Positions 29,139-39,506 of a stretch of DNA of 64,000 nucleotides are shown piece after piece. Within the stretch, counting starts at the first letter, position 1. The number at the start of each line of letters is the position of its first letter. Below the pieces are notes generated by a model that was given only the letters and a program-made list of their open reading frames with translations, made no database searches and had not been told where the DNA came from. Origin of the DNA: an uncultured Candidatus Saccharibacteria bacterium (GTDB taxonomy: Bacteria > Patescibacteriota > Minisyncoccia > Phycocordibacterales > JAACPR01); contig CAZUCU010000001.1 of NCBI GenBank assembly GCA_964618845.1, forward strand, positions 468 through 64,467. The letters are read 5' to 3'. Position numbers and translations under genes: made by a program.

Positions 29139-30432
29139 AAAAATATATAAAATAGTATTTTTGATTATCTTTATTATTATTTTTTTGCCATTTGTTTCTC
29201 AATCAGAAACCGTAGAAGAATTAGAAGATAAAATTGAGTCTTTTGAAGCAAGAATTCTACAATTAGAAAAAGAAATTACAGAACAAAGAGCCAAAGTTCA
29301 AGATACTTCAAAGAAAGCAGCTGATTTACAATCCGTAGTAAATTCTTTAAATGCAACAAAAAAAACATTAGAAAAGGAAATTGCCAGGACAGAAACAGTA
29401 ATAGATAAAAGTAAAACGAATATTGAAAAATTATCTATAGAAATTGATGACAAAAATCAAAAGATAAAAATTACTAATAAAGCTTTGGCAGAATCTATTA
29501 GGTCTTTAAATATGCTTGAGGAAAGATCTTTTTTTGAGATGTTATTTTCAAGTCAAACTATATCAGAATTTTCTAATGATTTGATAAATGTACAAAAGGT
29601 CAAAGACAGATTAAAAAGAACAAAATATGAATTATTAAATTTAAATCAGGAATTAAGTGTTAAAAAAGATGAAGAAGAAGGTGAAAAAGAAAATTTAGAA
29701 CAAGAACAAAAAAAATTAGTTGGTCAAAAACAAACTGTTGAGTATACAAAAAAAGAAAAAGATTCTCTGCTTGCAATTACAAAAAATGAGGAGGCCCGAT
29801 ATAAAACATTATTAGCAGAAAAAGAAGCACAAAAAAAGGCTTTTGAAGCCGAACTTTTTGATATAGAATCGAAATTAAAAATTTTAATAGATCCCAATAG
29901 CTATCCTACAGCAAAAAAGGGAGTTTTAGATTGGCCTGTTTCTGGTTTTAGAATTACTCAATTTTTTGGTAATACTACTTTTGCACGCAGTAATCCACAA
30001 TTTTATTCAAGTGGATTTCATAATGGAGTAGATTTAGCTATACCAATTGGTACTTCTGTTCGCTCAACTGATTCTGGTGTTATAATGGGATTTGATAACA
30101 CAGACAGATATCCAGGTTGTTATTCTTGGGGTGGATGGGTTTTAGTCAAACACGATAATGGTCTGTCTACTCTTTATGCTCATCTATCGAGTTCAATAGT
30201 AAAAGTTGGTCAAAGAGTAGAAAGAGGACAAACAATTGCATATAGTGGAAGCACTGGTATGTCAACTGGACCACACCTTCACTTCACTGTTTATGCAAGC
30301 CAAGGAGTAACTGTAAGATATTATAAAGATGTCAAACCAAGCACCATTGGTTGTGGAGCAACCAATGCCCAAATTCCGATAGCATCGCTTGATTCTTATC
30401 TTGATCCAATGCTTTATTTACCACAATTATAA
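29116..30432 (+). CDS. Coiled-coil M23 peptidase (EnvC/MepM-like)
   Basis: Signal/TM, long coiled coil, HNGVD, YAHL, STGPHLHF. Confidence 0.92.
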   Translation: MQLQNWDKKIYKIVFLIIFIIIFLPFVSQSETVEELEDKIESFEARILQLEKEITEQRAKVQDTSKKAADLQSVVNSLNATKKTLEKEIARTETVIDKSKTNIEKLSIEIDDKNQKIKITNKALAESIRSLNMLEERSFFEMLFSSQTISEFSNDLINVQKVKDRLKRTKYELLNLNQELSVKKDEEEGEKENLEQEQKKLVGQKQTVEYTKKEKDSLLAITKNEEARYKTLLAEKEAQKKAFEAELFDIESKLKILIDPNSYPTAKKGVLDWPVSGFRITQFFGNTTFARSNPQFYSSGFHNGVDLAIPIGTSVRSTDSGVIMGFDNTDRYPGCYSWGGWVLVKHDNGLSTLYAHLSSSIVKVGQRVERGQTIAYSGSTGMSTGPHLHFTVYASQGVTVRYYKDVKPSTIGCGATNAQIPIASLDSYLDPMLYLPQL

Positions 30433-30433
30433 A

Positions 30434-31465
30434 ATGTCACAATTAGAATTTAAAAAAATAGATAACCCCAAAAATTATCAAAATTTTATTATTGAAAACA
30501 GTGGTAAATTTACTCAGGCAGATTTTTATGGAGATTGGCATTTAAATTTGGGAAAAGGTGTATACCATTTTATCATCTTAAATCAAGATAAACCGGTTCT
30601 TTTTATGCAAATAATTGAAATTAATGCACTTTTTAATCAAAAATTTTTATATTCTCCATATGGACCGATTTATAAAAAAGAGTTCTTAAAAGAAATTTTA
30701 CCCGTGCTTAAAAATGGATTAATAAAAGAATTTAAAAACACAAAAAATTTCTTTTGCCGGTTAGACTTTTGTCCAACATTAAACAAAGAACAAGAAGATT
30801 TAATAAAAAAATATTTTTGGAAATCGAATAAAAAAATCTACAAAGGGTCTCTTTTTCAACCAAGAGACGAGTGGGTATTAGATTTAAACAAAGAGGAAGA
30901 TGAGATTTATAAAAATATTGACAAAAAAAATAGATATTGTATTAGGCAAGCTGAAAAAAGGGGAGTGGTGGTAGAAATTATTACTGATCAGTTTAATAGA
31001 TATTTTGAAGAATTTTACAAATTACTTTTGGAAACTTCAAAGAGAAATAATTTTGGAATTCATAAAAAAGAATATTATCAGGAAATTTTCAATTCAATAC
31101 AAAAAAATAAAAATGGATATTTAGTTAGATCAATTTATAAAGGAAAAATTAATGATTCTCTTTTATTTTTAAACTTTGGAAAGACAACAATGTTTATATT
31201 TGGTGCTTCAAGTGACTTAAATAGGACTCTACCTACAGCTCACTTAGCTCAGTGGCATAGTATTCTGTACGCAAAAAGCATTGGTATGGATTTATACAAT
31301 TTTGGTGGAATATCGACTGATTCTGATCCAATACCGAGTCTTGAAAAAGTAACAAGGTTTAAGAAGAGATTTGGGGGATATATATTTAAACATTCTCAAT
31401 ATTTTGATCTGATAATTAATAGGTTTTGGTATTTGTTGTTTATAATAAGAAAATTTATAAAATAG
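30434..31465 (+). CDS. FemABX/MurM-like peptidoglycan bridge aminoacyltransferase
   Basis: PYGP, RYCIRQAEKRGV, YNFGGI, RFKKRFGG; ATG at 30434. Confidence 0.9.
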   Translation: MSQLEFKKIDNPKNYQNFIIENSGKFTQADFYGDWHLNLGKGVYHFIILNQDKPVLFMQIIEINALFNQKFLYSPYGPIYKKEFLKEILPVLKNGLIKEFKNTKNFFCRLDFCPTLNKEQEDLIKKYFWKSNKKIYKGSLFQPRDEWVLDLNKEEDEIYKNIDKKNRYCIRQAEKRGVVVEIITDQFNRYFEEFYKLLLETSKRNNFGIHKKEYYQEIFNSIQKNKNGYLVRSIYKGKINDSLLFLNFGKTTMFIFGASSDLNRTLPTAHLAQWHSILYAKSIGMDLYNFGGISTDSDPIPSLEKVTRFKKRFGGYIFKHSQYFDLIINRFWYLLFIIRKFIK

Positions 31466-31560
31466 AAATCCCGTGGTCTTAGTCATATTGTATAGGGCGC
31501 AAAGATATATTGTGCGACATAGATATATAGAGCAAAAGGCGCTTCCCCCTCCAAAAGAAA

Positions 31561-31690
31561 GCACAAAGTTCGAAATCAGAAATATAAAATTCTTCGATCA
31601 GGCTCAGAACAAGCAAATCAGAAATCCAAATATCCTCTTTTGTGTTTGTATTATTATTTTGTATTTTGTGCTTGGTACTTCGGATTTATT
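31561..31690. repeat. Inverted heptamer array (CGAAATC-like) with embedded 24-nt repeat
   Basis: gaaatca/gaaatcc units forward; ttttgtgcttggtacttcggattt reverse, shared with 39477-39500. Confidence 0.65.
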
Positions 31691-31712
31691 TTTTTACCTC
31701 TCCCCCAGACAA

Positions 31713-31750
31713 ACCAAAAATCCCCAGGATAAACCTTGGGGATTTTTGGT
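31713..31750. terminator. Terminator hairpin
   Basis: accaaaaatcccca...tggggatttttggt. Confidence 0.8.
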
Positions 31751-31762
31751 AAATGGAATAAT

Positions 31763-32200
31763 TTAATTACTGTTCATCGCAATACCTTCACCTTTGTTCC
31801 AACATTTGGAAGATGAATACCAGGGTTTTAATCCTTGAGTTTCATATAAATGTTTTGCATAAGCAAGGTTTCCTTCGAGAGTATAAATGTCGTGACCTAA
31901 TTTTTTGGAATTTTCTAAATGAAAATATTCATTTATTTGCATGATCCCAACATCTAATCGATTTTTCACACCTCGTAGGGTATTTCCATTCGCATCGAAT
32001 TGATTGTATTTTGATTCGCAGAATGCGACTTTTGAAAGTATTGGTGTATTTGTGAAGTACTCTTTGACAGTTTCTTCAACTGTTTTGGGCTCTTCCAAAG
32101 CCTCGTTCTTGATGCTCTCATCAACAGTCGTTGTTGATGCGACGCTATCAAGGCTTGCGATATTTACTGAGTTAGCTCCTGTTACAGATGCTACAAGCAT
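31763..32200 (-). CDS. Secreted lysozyme-like/lytic transglycosylase (SLT-like) protein
   Basis: VAFCES, DVGIMQIN, GNLAYAKHLY, GLKPW..S..CW; start may lie further upstream (see findings). Confidence 0.8.
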   Translation of the reverse strand: MLVASVTGANSVNIASLDSVASTTTVDESIKNEALEEPKTVEETVKEYFTNTPILSKVAFCESKYNQFDANGNTLRGVKNRLDVGIMQINEYFHLENSKKLGHDIYTLEGNLAYAKHLYETQGLKPWYSSSKCWNKGEGIAMNSN

Positions 32201-32458
32201 CGCAAGTCCGATAGTAAATTGTATAATAAGCCTACTTTTAACTGTAATCTACACATGCAACCCTATATGGAGTGTAGGTTTTGAGTTATTTTTAGATTAT
32301 GGATTTTTATTCCAATTCTATTATCTTCAATCAAATTTTATTGATTCAAGCCCTGTTTACAGGCCCCAAAACTAAAGTTCGGTGTGCTTAACCGAACAGT
32401 AAATATTGTACCATATTTTGAATTATAATCAACATTACACTATTAATTTAATGTATTG

Positions 32459-32818
32459 TCAATGCTCAAAATATGGCTTAAAACCTGCCTTTTCTGCTTC
32501 TTCTTGACTTTTAAAATAAATTCTATTCTTCTCAGAAAGAGAATTTGCTCGATTTGAGTCTATTTGATAATAGTACTTTCCTCTGCTTGAAGCGACAAAT
32601 AAAAATATACTTGATGAAGTTGCAATTTTTTCTTCTTCGGTTTGTTTAGATTCACTAATTATTATAATTTTTTCTTCTTTACTCAATACTTTATTCCATA
32701 CAAAAAATATACCTATCGTTAAAAATAATAAATAAAAACCAATATCAACAAGCATTTCCATAATAATTTTTCTTTTAAAAAGTCGCTTGATTTTTATTAT
32801 TTGTTGTATTAGAATCAC
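32459..32818 (-). CDS. TM protein with Ada-metal-binding-like C-terminal module
   Basis: VASSRGKYYY...NRIYFKSQEEAEKAGF. Confidence 0.65.
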   Translation of the reverse strand: MILIQQIIKIKRLFKRKIIMEMLVDIGFYLLFLTIGIFFVWNKVLSKEEKIIIISESKQTEEEKIATSSSIFLFVASSRGKYYYQIDSNRANSLSEKNRIYFKSQEEAEKAGFKPYFEH

Positions 32819-32887
32819 AGAACTTAGTATAAAACATTAAGGTTAAATTCTGATAAATAAAAGATTAAAAAATTATAAAACAAGATT

Positions 32888-33166
32888 ATGTCAAAAGTTA
32901 AAGCCGGTGGAACAGCTAAAAACCTCAGAGATTCAGGACCAAAATATTTGGGAGTAAAAATTTCTGACGGTCAAAAAGCCAAAAAAGGAAACATCATAGT
33001 AAAACAAAGAGGTACAAAATACCTTCCTGGGACAAATACAATGATCGGCAAAGATCATACTATTTTTTCAATTAAAGATGGGGTTGTTAAATTTTCAACA
33101 AAAAGAAAAACCAGATTTGATTCAAAAAAAGTTACAAGAAAATTAGTTGAAGTTATATCTAAATAA
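32888..33166 (+). CDS. rpmA: 50S ribosomal protein L27
   Basis: RDSGPKYLGVK, GNIIVKQRGT, GKDHTIF. Confidence 0.97.
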   Translation: MSKVKAGGTAKNLRDSGPKYLGVKISDGQKAKKGNIIVKQRGTKYLPGTNTMIGKDHTIFSIKDGVVKFSTKRKTRFDSKKVTRKLVEVISK

Positions 33167-33182
33167 GTAAAGATTGATTTTT

Positions 33183-33614
33183 TTATTTTATTTCTAAAGT
33201 AAAACTTCCCTCTTTGTTTTTACTTTCCATAGGAATTTTATATATACCCACTTCTCTAATTTCTGGCATTTTAATTATTTCTTTTGCTTCTTTGTTTTCT
33301 ATAACCCGCAACACCTCGTCTAAATGAAGTTTAGAGAACATATGTCCCTTATCATTTTTTGCTACTCCAAGTTCAAAACTCTTACCATTTAATGAATCAA
33401 TAATCAAATTTAACTTTGCTATCTGGGTATTTTTTTCTTCTTCTAATGCAGACTTTTTTGTCTCAATGTTGGAAATTGCACTCTCTGAAGCTTCAATCGC
33501 TAATCCTTTTGGTAAAAGCAGGTTAAGAGCATAACCGGTCTTGACCTCTTTGATATCATCCTTTTTCCCCAAATTTAGTACATCTTTTAATAGAATTATT
33601 TTCATTCTGCTCAT
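33183..33614 (-). CDS. rplI: 50S ribosomal protein L9
   Basis: [27 protein letters not shown]. Confidence 0.94.
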   Translation of the reverse strand: MSRMKIILLKDVLNLGKKDDIKEVKTGYALNLLLPKGLAIEASESAISNIETKKSALEEEKNTQIAKLNLIIDSLNGKSFELGVAKNDKGHMFSKLHLDEVLRVIENKEAKEIIKMPEIREVGIYKIPMESKNKEGSFTLEIK

Positions 33615-33619
33615 AGAGC

Positions 33620-34810
33620 CTACTTTAGCATTTCAATAGCTTTTTGCAACTGAATATCTATACCTTTATCAAATTTATCCTTATCAAATTTAACCTTAAA
33701 ATTAGGTTCTAATCCCCCATCCGAAATAGATTTGCCGTTTGGAGTTAACCATTTGGCAATGGTTACTTTTAAAGATGTCTCTCCATTTATACTTAATAAT
33801 TCTTGTACAGAACCCTTACCAAAGGTGGTTTCACCAACAAGTTTTGCTACGCCGTGTTCTTCTAATGCACCAGCAACTATTTCAGAAGCTGAAGCAGAAC
33901 CTCCATCAATTAAAACTACCATTTTCAAATTTTTGGTAAAAATATCATATCCTTTACTTCTAAAAATCTTTTGTTCCCCCTCATCTCCAAAATCTTCTAT
34001 TACTATTGATTTACCAACTGGTAAAAACCAGCTTGCAATATCAATTGCGCTCTCCAAAAAACCACCAGGGTTGCCTCTCAAATCTAAAATTAATTTATTT
34101 TTTTTCGATTTAATAAATTGTCTGAGAGCATTTCTAAAATCATAACTCGATGAAGAAGTAAAATTATATAAACTTATAACAAAAACATCATCAATAGTTT
34201 TTGTTTCAAGAGTAGGTATAGTTATCTTATCTCTCATAATTTCTATAAGAATTGGGTCTTTTTCTCCTTCTCTAATAATCGTAAGCCCAACCGCAGTTTT
34301 TTGGGGACCTCTTATTTTTTTTATTGCTTCATCAACAGTAATATCCATAGAGGTTTCTCCATCAATTGCAATTATTTTATCTCCGCTTTTTATGCCAGCT
34401 TTTTCTGAAGGAGAATTTTTAAGCGGAGAAACCACTGTTAAAAACCCATCTTTGAAACCGACCTCCATCCCAACCCCCTCAAATGTTCCAGAAATTGTTT
34501 CCTCAAATTGTTCACTTTCTTCTGGGGGTAAAAACACTGTGTATGGATCACCATAAGATTCAACTAATCCAGATATCGCTCCATAAATTTTGTCTTCATC
34601 CGAAATTTTTTCACCAGAGACAGAAACAAATTTTTCCTCTAAAAGATTGAAGGTTTTCCAAAATAGGTCTAAATTAATGGGTTCACTAGCACTCACCCCA
34701 TTGCTAATATGATTTTTGTTATTTCCAACAAAAAACCCGGTACCAAAAATAAGTACAAACAACATCAAACTAAAAACAATAGTGGCACTTTTTGTATAAA
34801 AATTTTTCAT
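33620..34810 (-). CDS. ctpA: S41 carboxy-terminal processing protease
   Basis: [33 protein letters not shown]; start at 34810 follows TGCTATAAT. Confidence 0.93.
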   Translation of the reverse strand: MKNFYTKSATIVFSLMLFVLIFGTGFFVGNNKNHISNGVSASEPINLDLFWKTFNLLEEKFVSVSGEKISDEDKIYGAISGLVESYGDPYTVFLPPEESEQFEETISGTFEGVGMEVGFKDGFLTVVSPLKNSPSEKAGIKSGDKIIAIDGETSMDITVDEAIKKIRGPQKTAVGLTIIREGEKDPILIEIMRDKITIPTLETKTIDDVFVISLYNFTSSSSYDFRNALRQFIKSKKNKLILDLRGNPGGFLESAIDIASWFLPVGKSIVIEDFGDEGEQKIFRSKGYDIFTKNLKMVVLIDGGSASASEIVAGALEEHGVAKLVGETTFGKGSVQELLSINGETSLKVTIAKWLTPNGKSISDGGLEPNFKVKFDKDKFDKGIDIQLQKAIEMLK

Positions 34811-34896
34811 ACGAGTATTATAGCAGAAATTTAAAGATTTGAGGATATAAAAAGATATCCCTTTCATGTTTTTGTCTTAGCATTTATAATATATTT

Positions 34897-35826
34897 ATGA
34901 TATATACTCGAAGACATAAAAATATTATTTGGATTGACTTAGATTCACCAACTAGAAATGAAGTTAGAGAACTGATTGAAAAATATGATATTGATCCAAT
35001 TGTTGCCGACGAACTTTTGATTCCGACTCTTAGATCAAGAGTTGATTTGCACGATAATTATATTTATTTAATTTTACATTTTCCTCAAAAAATAAAAGGT
35101 CATAAATACGAAAAAAATTTTAACAAAGAAACACAAGAAGTAGATTTTATTATTGGAAAAAATTTTATAATTACTGCTCGATATGGAGCAATTGATGCGC
35201 TTTTGGAATTTTCAAAAATTTTTGAAGCTAATTCTATTTTGGACAGAAGCAATATTGGAAAACATGCAGGATATGTATTTTATTATATGATTAGAAATAT
35301 TTATAAATCTATGTATGAGGAGATTCAAAATATGAGAGATAAAATCTCTGAATATGAAGAGAAGGTTTTTTCTGGGCAAGAAAGAGAGATGGTTCAAAGC
35401 CTCTCCCAAATGAATCGATTACTTTTGTATTTTAAAGAATCCCTTTTGTTTCATAAAGAAATTTTAATTTCTTTTGAAGAGGCGGGGAAAAAAAATTTTG
35501 AACCAGAATTTACTTACTATTTGCGAGCAGTATTGGGAGAATATTATAAAGTTCAAAATATTCTTGAAAGTTCGAGGGATTATCTTTCAGAAATAAGAAA
35601 TACCAACGACTCATTACTTTCAACTAAACAAAATGAATTTATGAAAATGATAGCAATAATTACTTTGCTAACCTTCCCCACCACTTTAATTTCAAATATA
35701 TTTAGTATGAATACTGAAAGTACACCAATTGTCGGTAAAATGAATGATTTTGTGATTATTGTTAGCATGATGTTTTTATCAGTTGCTATTCTATTTCTCT
35801 TTTTCAAGAAGAAGAGATGGTTTTAG
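34897..35826 (+). CDS. corA: CorA-family divalent cation transporter
   Basis: WIDL, NEFMKM, FSMN (GMN variant), two C-terminal TMs. Confidence 0.88.
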   Translation: MIYTRRHKNIIWIDLDSPTRNEVRELIEKYDIDPIVADELLIPTLRSRVDLHDNYIYLILHFPQKIKGHKYEKNFNKETQEVDFIIGKNFIITARYGAIDALLEFSKIFEANSILDRSNIGKHAGYVFYYMIRNIYKSMYEEIQNMRDKISEYEEKVFSGQEREMVQSLSQMNRLLLYFKESLLFHKEILISFEEAGKKNFEPEFTYYLRAVLGEYYKVQNILESSRDYLSEIRNTNDSLLSTKQNEFMKMIAIITLLTFPTTLISNIFSMNTESTPIVGKMNDFVIIVSMMFLSVAILFLFFKKKRWF

Positions 35827-35834
35827 ATTAAAAA

Positions 35835-37247
35835 ATGTTAAAGATAAAAAATACATTAACTGGAAAAATTGAGAATTTTGAGCCCTTAAAAAGGACATTT
35901 TGGGGCAAATCCAAAATCGGAATGTATAATTGTGGTCCAACTGTTTATAGTAAAGCTCATATTGGGAATTTGCGTGCATATATTTTTGCAGATTTAATAA
36001 GAAGAACTCTGGAATTTAATGGGTATAGAGTTAAACAGGTGATAAATATTACTGATGTTGGACACTTAACTTCAAATTCAGATGAGGGAGAAGATAAAAT
36101 TGAAGAACAAGCAAAAAAAGAGAATTTAAAAGCAAAAGAAATAACCCAAAAATATACTGACCTTTTTTTTTCTGATTTAGATAGATTAAATATTGATAAA
36201 AGCAAGATTTTATTTCCCAAGGCCACAGAACACATAAAAGAACAAATTGATATAATAAAAAAATTAGAAAAAAAAGGTTTTACTTATAAAATTTCTGATG
36301 GTATCTATTTTGATACTCTAAAATTTAAAGATTATGGAAAACTTGGAAAGATAGATATCAAAGGATTAGAGGGAGGTGCAAGAATTGAAGTAAATAAAGA
36401 AAAAAGAAATTCAACTGATTTTGCTCTTTGGAAATTTACTCCACGACAAAACTCGAGGCAAGGTGGCAGACAGCAAGAATGGAAATCTCCTTGGGGTATA
36501 GGTTTCCCTGGGTGGCACTTAGAGTGTTCTGCTATGAGCATGAAATATTTGGGAGAGACTTTTGATATTCACACGGGAGGAATTGATCATATTAACACTC
36601 ATCATAATAATGAAATTGCTCAATCGGAAAGCGCTACTGGAAAAGCTTTAGCAAAGTATTGGATGCATGTAAATCATATTCAAATAAACGGAGAAAAAAT
36701 TTCTAAATCAATAGGTAATGTGGTATATCTTGATGAACTTGAATCAAGGGGATATACTTCAATGAGTTATAAATATCTTTTACTTACCGCTCACTACTCT
36801 ACTCTTTTGAATTACACTGAGGAAAATTTAAGGGCTTCTCAAAAAGCTTTGTTTAGGATTTATAGTTTTCTTTTAGGAGTTACCAGTGATCAATTATCAG
36901 AGATCAGTGAAGATTATTATAAAAAATTTAAAGAAGCAATTAATGATGATTTAAATACGGCGAAAGCCATTGCAATTATTTTTGAATTACTATCAGATAA
37001 AGGAATCTCAAATCAAGATAAAAAAACAACAATATTGAAGTTTAATAAAGTTTTAAATTTGGGGTTTGATAATCCAATAATTTTAAAAACAGAAATACCA
37101 GAAGAAGTTTTAAACCTTGCAAATGAAAGACTAAAAGCGAGAAAAAATAAAGATTTTGTAGAATCAGATAAATTGAGAGAAAAAATAAAACATTTAGGTT
37201 TTGAAATAAAAGATGTCCCCGAAGGCTTTAAATTAGATAGAATATAA
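35835..37247 (+). CDS. cysS: Cysteine-tRNA ligase
   Basis: CGPTVY, HIGN, PGWHLECSAM, KISKS. Confidence 0.97.
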   Translation: MLKIKNTLTGKIENFEPLKRTFWGKSKIGMYNCGPTVYSKAHIGNLRAYIFADLIRRTLEFNGYRVKQVINITDVGHLTSNSDEGEDKIEEQAKKENLKAKEITQKYTDLFFSDLDRLNIDKSKILFPKATEHIKEQIDIIKKLEKKGFTYKISDGIYFDTLKFKDYGKLGKIDIKGLEGGARIEVNKEKRNSTDFALWKFTPRQNSRQGGRQQEWKSPWGIGFPGWHLECSAMSMKYLGETFDIHTGGIDHINTHHNNEIAQSESATGKALAKYWMHVNHIQINGEKISKSIGNVVYLDELESRGYTSMSYKYLLLTAHYSTLLNYTEENLRASQKALFRIYSFLLGVTSDQLSEISEDYYKKFKEAINDDLNTAKAIAIIFELLSDKGISNQDKKTTILKFNKVLNLGFDNPIILKTEIPEEVLNLANERLKARKNKDFVESDKLREKIKHLGFEIKDVPEGFKLDRI

Positions 37248-37401
37248 AGACTATTTTTATCTTGAGATTTAATACATAAAATAACAAATAAAACAATGTG
37301 TTTTGATAAATTTGTCAAATTTGATTTTTCCCCAATTCATCCACTTTTCTTAAACTTTTCACTTCTCGCGGTTCTCTTCTCGCTATGATAACATTACATT
37401 T

Positions 37402-38763
37402 ATGAATTCATTAAAAATCCCACCACAAAGTCAAGAAAGTGAGAAAGCTTTAATTGGAGCAATTTTGCTTCGACCAGAAGCAATTTATGAAATTATGGAT
37501 ATGATTTCTCCCGAAGCATTTTATGCCACCAAAAATAAACTAATTTTCCAAACAATGCTTGAACTGATCAGTAAAGGAATAGAGATAGATTCTGTTTCTG
37601 TCTCCGAAAAACTTCGAGAAAAAGGAAATTTTGATAAAACAGGAGGAAAATCATATATAGCAGAACTTTTGGACTCTGTTCCCTCTTCCTCTAATATTAA
37701 ACATTATGCAAATATAATTTTAAAGAAAAAATTAATGCGAGATCTTTTAGAAGTAGCTGATCATTTATCTTTTCTGGGTTATGAAGAATCAAAAGAAATT
37801 GAAGAAATATTAGATGAAGCCGAAAAAAAAGTTTTCTCTGTTACAAATTTAAAAACTACAAAAAATTATATTGAACTCAAAAAAGCTCTTGGTGAAGCAT
37901 TTGAAAGATTGGATAGACTACATAAATCAAAAGAAGATTTAAGAGGTATACCTACTGGTTTTGCTGGGCTTGATAATTTACTCTCTGGATTTCAAAAATC
38001 AGATTTAATAATTTTGGCAGCTCGTCCCTCTATGGGAAAAACCTCTCTGGCTTTAGATATTTCAAGAAAAGTTGCATTAAATTATAAAATTCCTGTAATA
38101 TTTTTTTCTCTTGAAATGAGTCACGACCAACTGGTAGATAGGGTTTTGGCAGCTGAATCTGGTGTTAATTCTTTTAATATTAGACGAGGGAAGGGACTTA
38201 AAGAACAGGATTTTGAAAATATTGGTAATGCGATATCACGACTTTCTGAAGCACCGTTTTTTATAGAAGATACCTCTGGATTAAATATTATTCAAATGAA
38301 ATCAATGATTCGAAGAATTATTTCTGAAAAATTTAAAGATGGGGATAGAGGTTTAGTAGTTGTGGATTATTTACAACTTATGACACCAACAAATTCTCGA
38401 ATTGATAATACCGTAGCTCAAATTACAGAAATTTCTAGATCACTAAAAGGTATGGCAAAAGAATTTAGAATTCCCGTTATTGCTCTTTCACAACTTTCAA
38501 GAGCAGTAGAGTCAAGAGGTGGAAAACCTCGATTATCAGATCTGAGAGATTCTGGCGCAATCGAACAAGATGCCGACGTTGTTATGTTTATTCATCGAGA
38601 AGATAAATATAACGAAGAATCTAATAAGCCAAATATTGCGCAGATTCTAATTGAAAAACACAGAAATGGACCAACGGGTCGAGTTGATCTCTATTTTGAC
38701 GAAAAGAAAACAACCTTTGTTGATATAGATAAAACTCACAGTAATCTTCTTGAAAATTTTTAA
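37402..38763 (+). CDS. dnaB: Replicative helicase DnaB
   Basis: AARPSMGKT, VDYLQL, SQLSR, DLRDSGAIEQDAD; no intein. Confidence 0.98.
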   Translation: MNSLKIPPQSQESEKALIGAILLRPEAIYEIMDMISPEAFYATKNKLIFQTMLELISKGIEIDSVSVSEKLREKGNFDKTGGKSYIAELLDSVPSSSNIKHYANIILKKKLMRDLLEVADHLSFLGYEESKEIEEILDEAEKKVFSVTNLKTTKNYIELKKALGEAFERLDRLHKSKEDLRGIPTGFAGLDNLLSGFQKSDLIILAARPSMGKTSLALDISRKVALNYKIPVIFFSLEMSHDQLVDRVLAAESGVNSFNIRRGKGLKEQDFENIGNAISRLSEAPFFIEDTSGLNIIQMKSMIRRIISEKFKDGDRGLVVVDYLQLMTPTNSRIDNTVAQITEISRSLKGMAKEFRIPVIALSQLSRAVESRGGKPRLSDLRDSGAIEQDADVVMFIHREDKYNEESNKPNIAQILIEKHRNGPTGRVDLYFDEKKTTFVDIDKTHSNLLENF

Positions 38764-38772
38764 ATTTAAAAT

Positions 38773-39381
38773 ATGAATATTATTGACGAACTAACAGAAT
38801 TATTTAAGGAATTTCCCGGGATTGGTCCGCGTCAGGCCCGAAGATTTGTTTACTATTTACTTAGAAAAAACGGGGATTACATAAACAAAATAGTCACCCT
38901 CATTCCAGAACTGCGAAAAAAAACTAAAACTTGTAATGAGTGTTTTCGATTTTTTTCTTCCCCGTCTTCTAAATGTAGTATTTGTGAAAATAAAAACCGC
39001 AATTCAAAAATTTTGATGGTTGTTGCTCGAGATTCTGATCTTGAAAATATAGAAAAAACAGATACTTTTAATGGGTATTATTTTGTACTTGGTGGACTTT
39101 TGCCAGTACTTGAGAAAGATAGCAAAAAGCATATTAGACTTAATGAACTTTTAAAACTAATTTCTCAAAAAAAAGATCTTGGGGAAATAATTCTGGCCTT
39201 TCCAGTAAATCCCGAAGGAGATAACACTGCTCAATTTCTTAAAAAAGAAATTGAACAACAAATTCGAAATTCGAAATCCGAAATCCGAATTTCTACATTG
39301 GGAAGAGGACTTTCTACAGGATTAGAACTTGAATATTCAGACAAAGAAACAATCAAAAATGCACTACAAAATAGAAACTAA
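38773..39381 (+). CDS. recR: Recombination protein RecR
   Basis: PGIGPRQA, C4 finger, YFVLGG, EGDNTA. Confidence 0.95.
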   Translation: MNIIDELTELFKEFPGIGPRQARRFVYYLLRKNGDYINKIVTLIPELRKKTKTCNECFRFFSSPSSKCSICENKNRNSKILMVVARDSDLENIEKTDTFNGYYFVLGGLLPVLEKDSKKHIRLNELLKLISQKKDLGEIILAFPVNPEGDNTAQFLKKEIEQQIRNSKSEIRISTLGRGLSTGLELEYSDKETIKNALQNRN

Positions 39382-39500
39382 AGAACAAATATAAAATCCG
39401 AAATACGAAATCAGAAATTCAAAACAAATCCGAAATTAGAAATACGAAATTCCAAACACGAGTTTTAAATTTCTAATTTTGTGCTTAGTGCTTCGAATTT
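39262..39500. repeat. Heptamer arrays (CGAAATC-like) inside the recR 3' end and downstream
   Basis: cgaaatt cgaaatc cgaaatc; cgaaata cgaaatc agaaatt; reverse copy at 39465-39500. Confidence 0.8.
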
Positions 39501-39506
39501 AATTAT

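Noticed and set aside
31468-31555. 6S/tmRNA-like RNA or the 97-aa ORF 31473-31766
   Set aside because: No closing stem or tRNA-like ends; the ORF runs through repeats and a terminator
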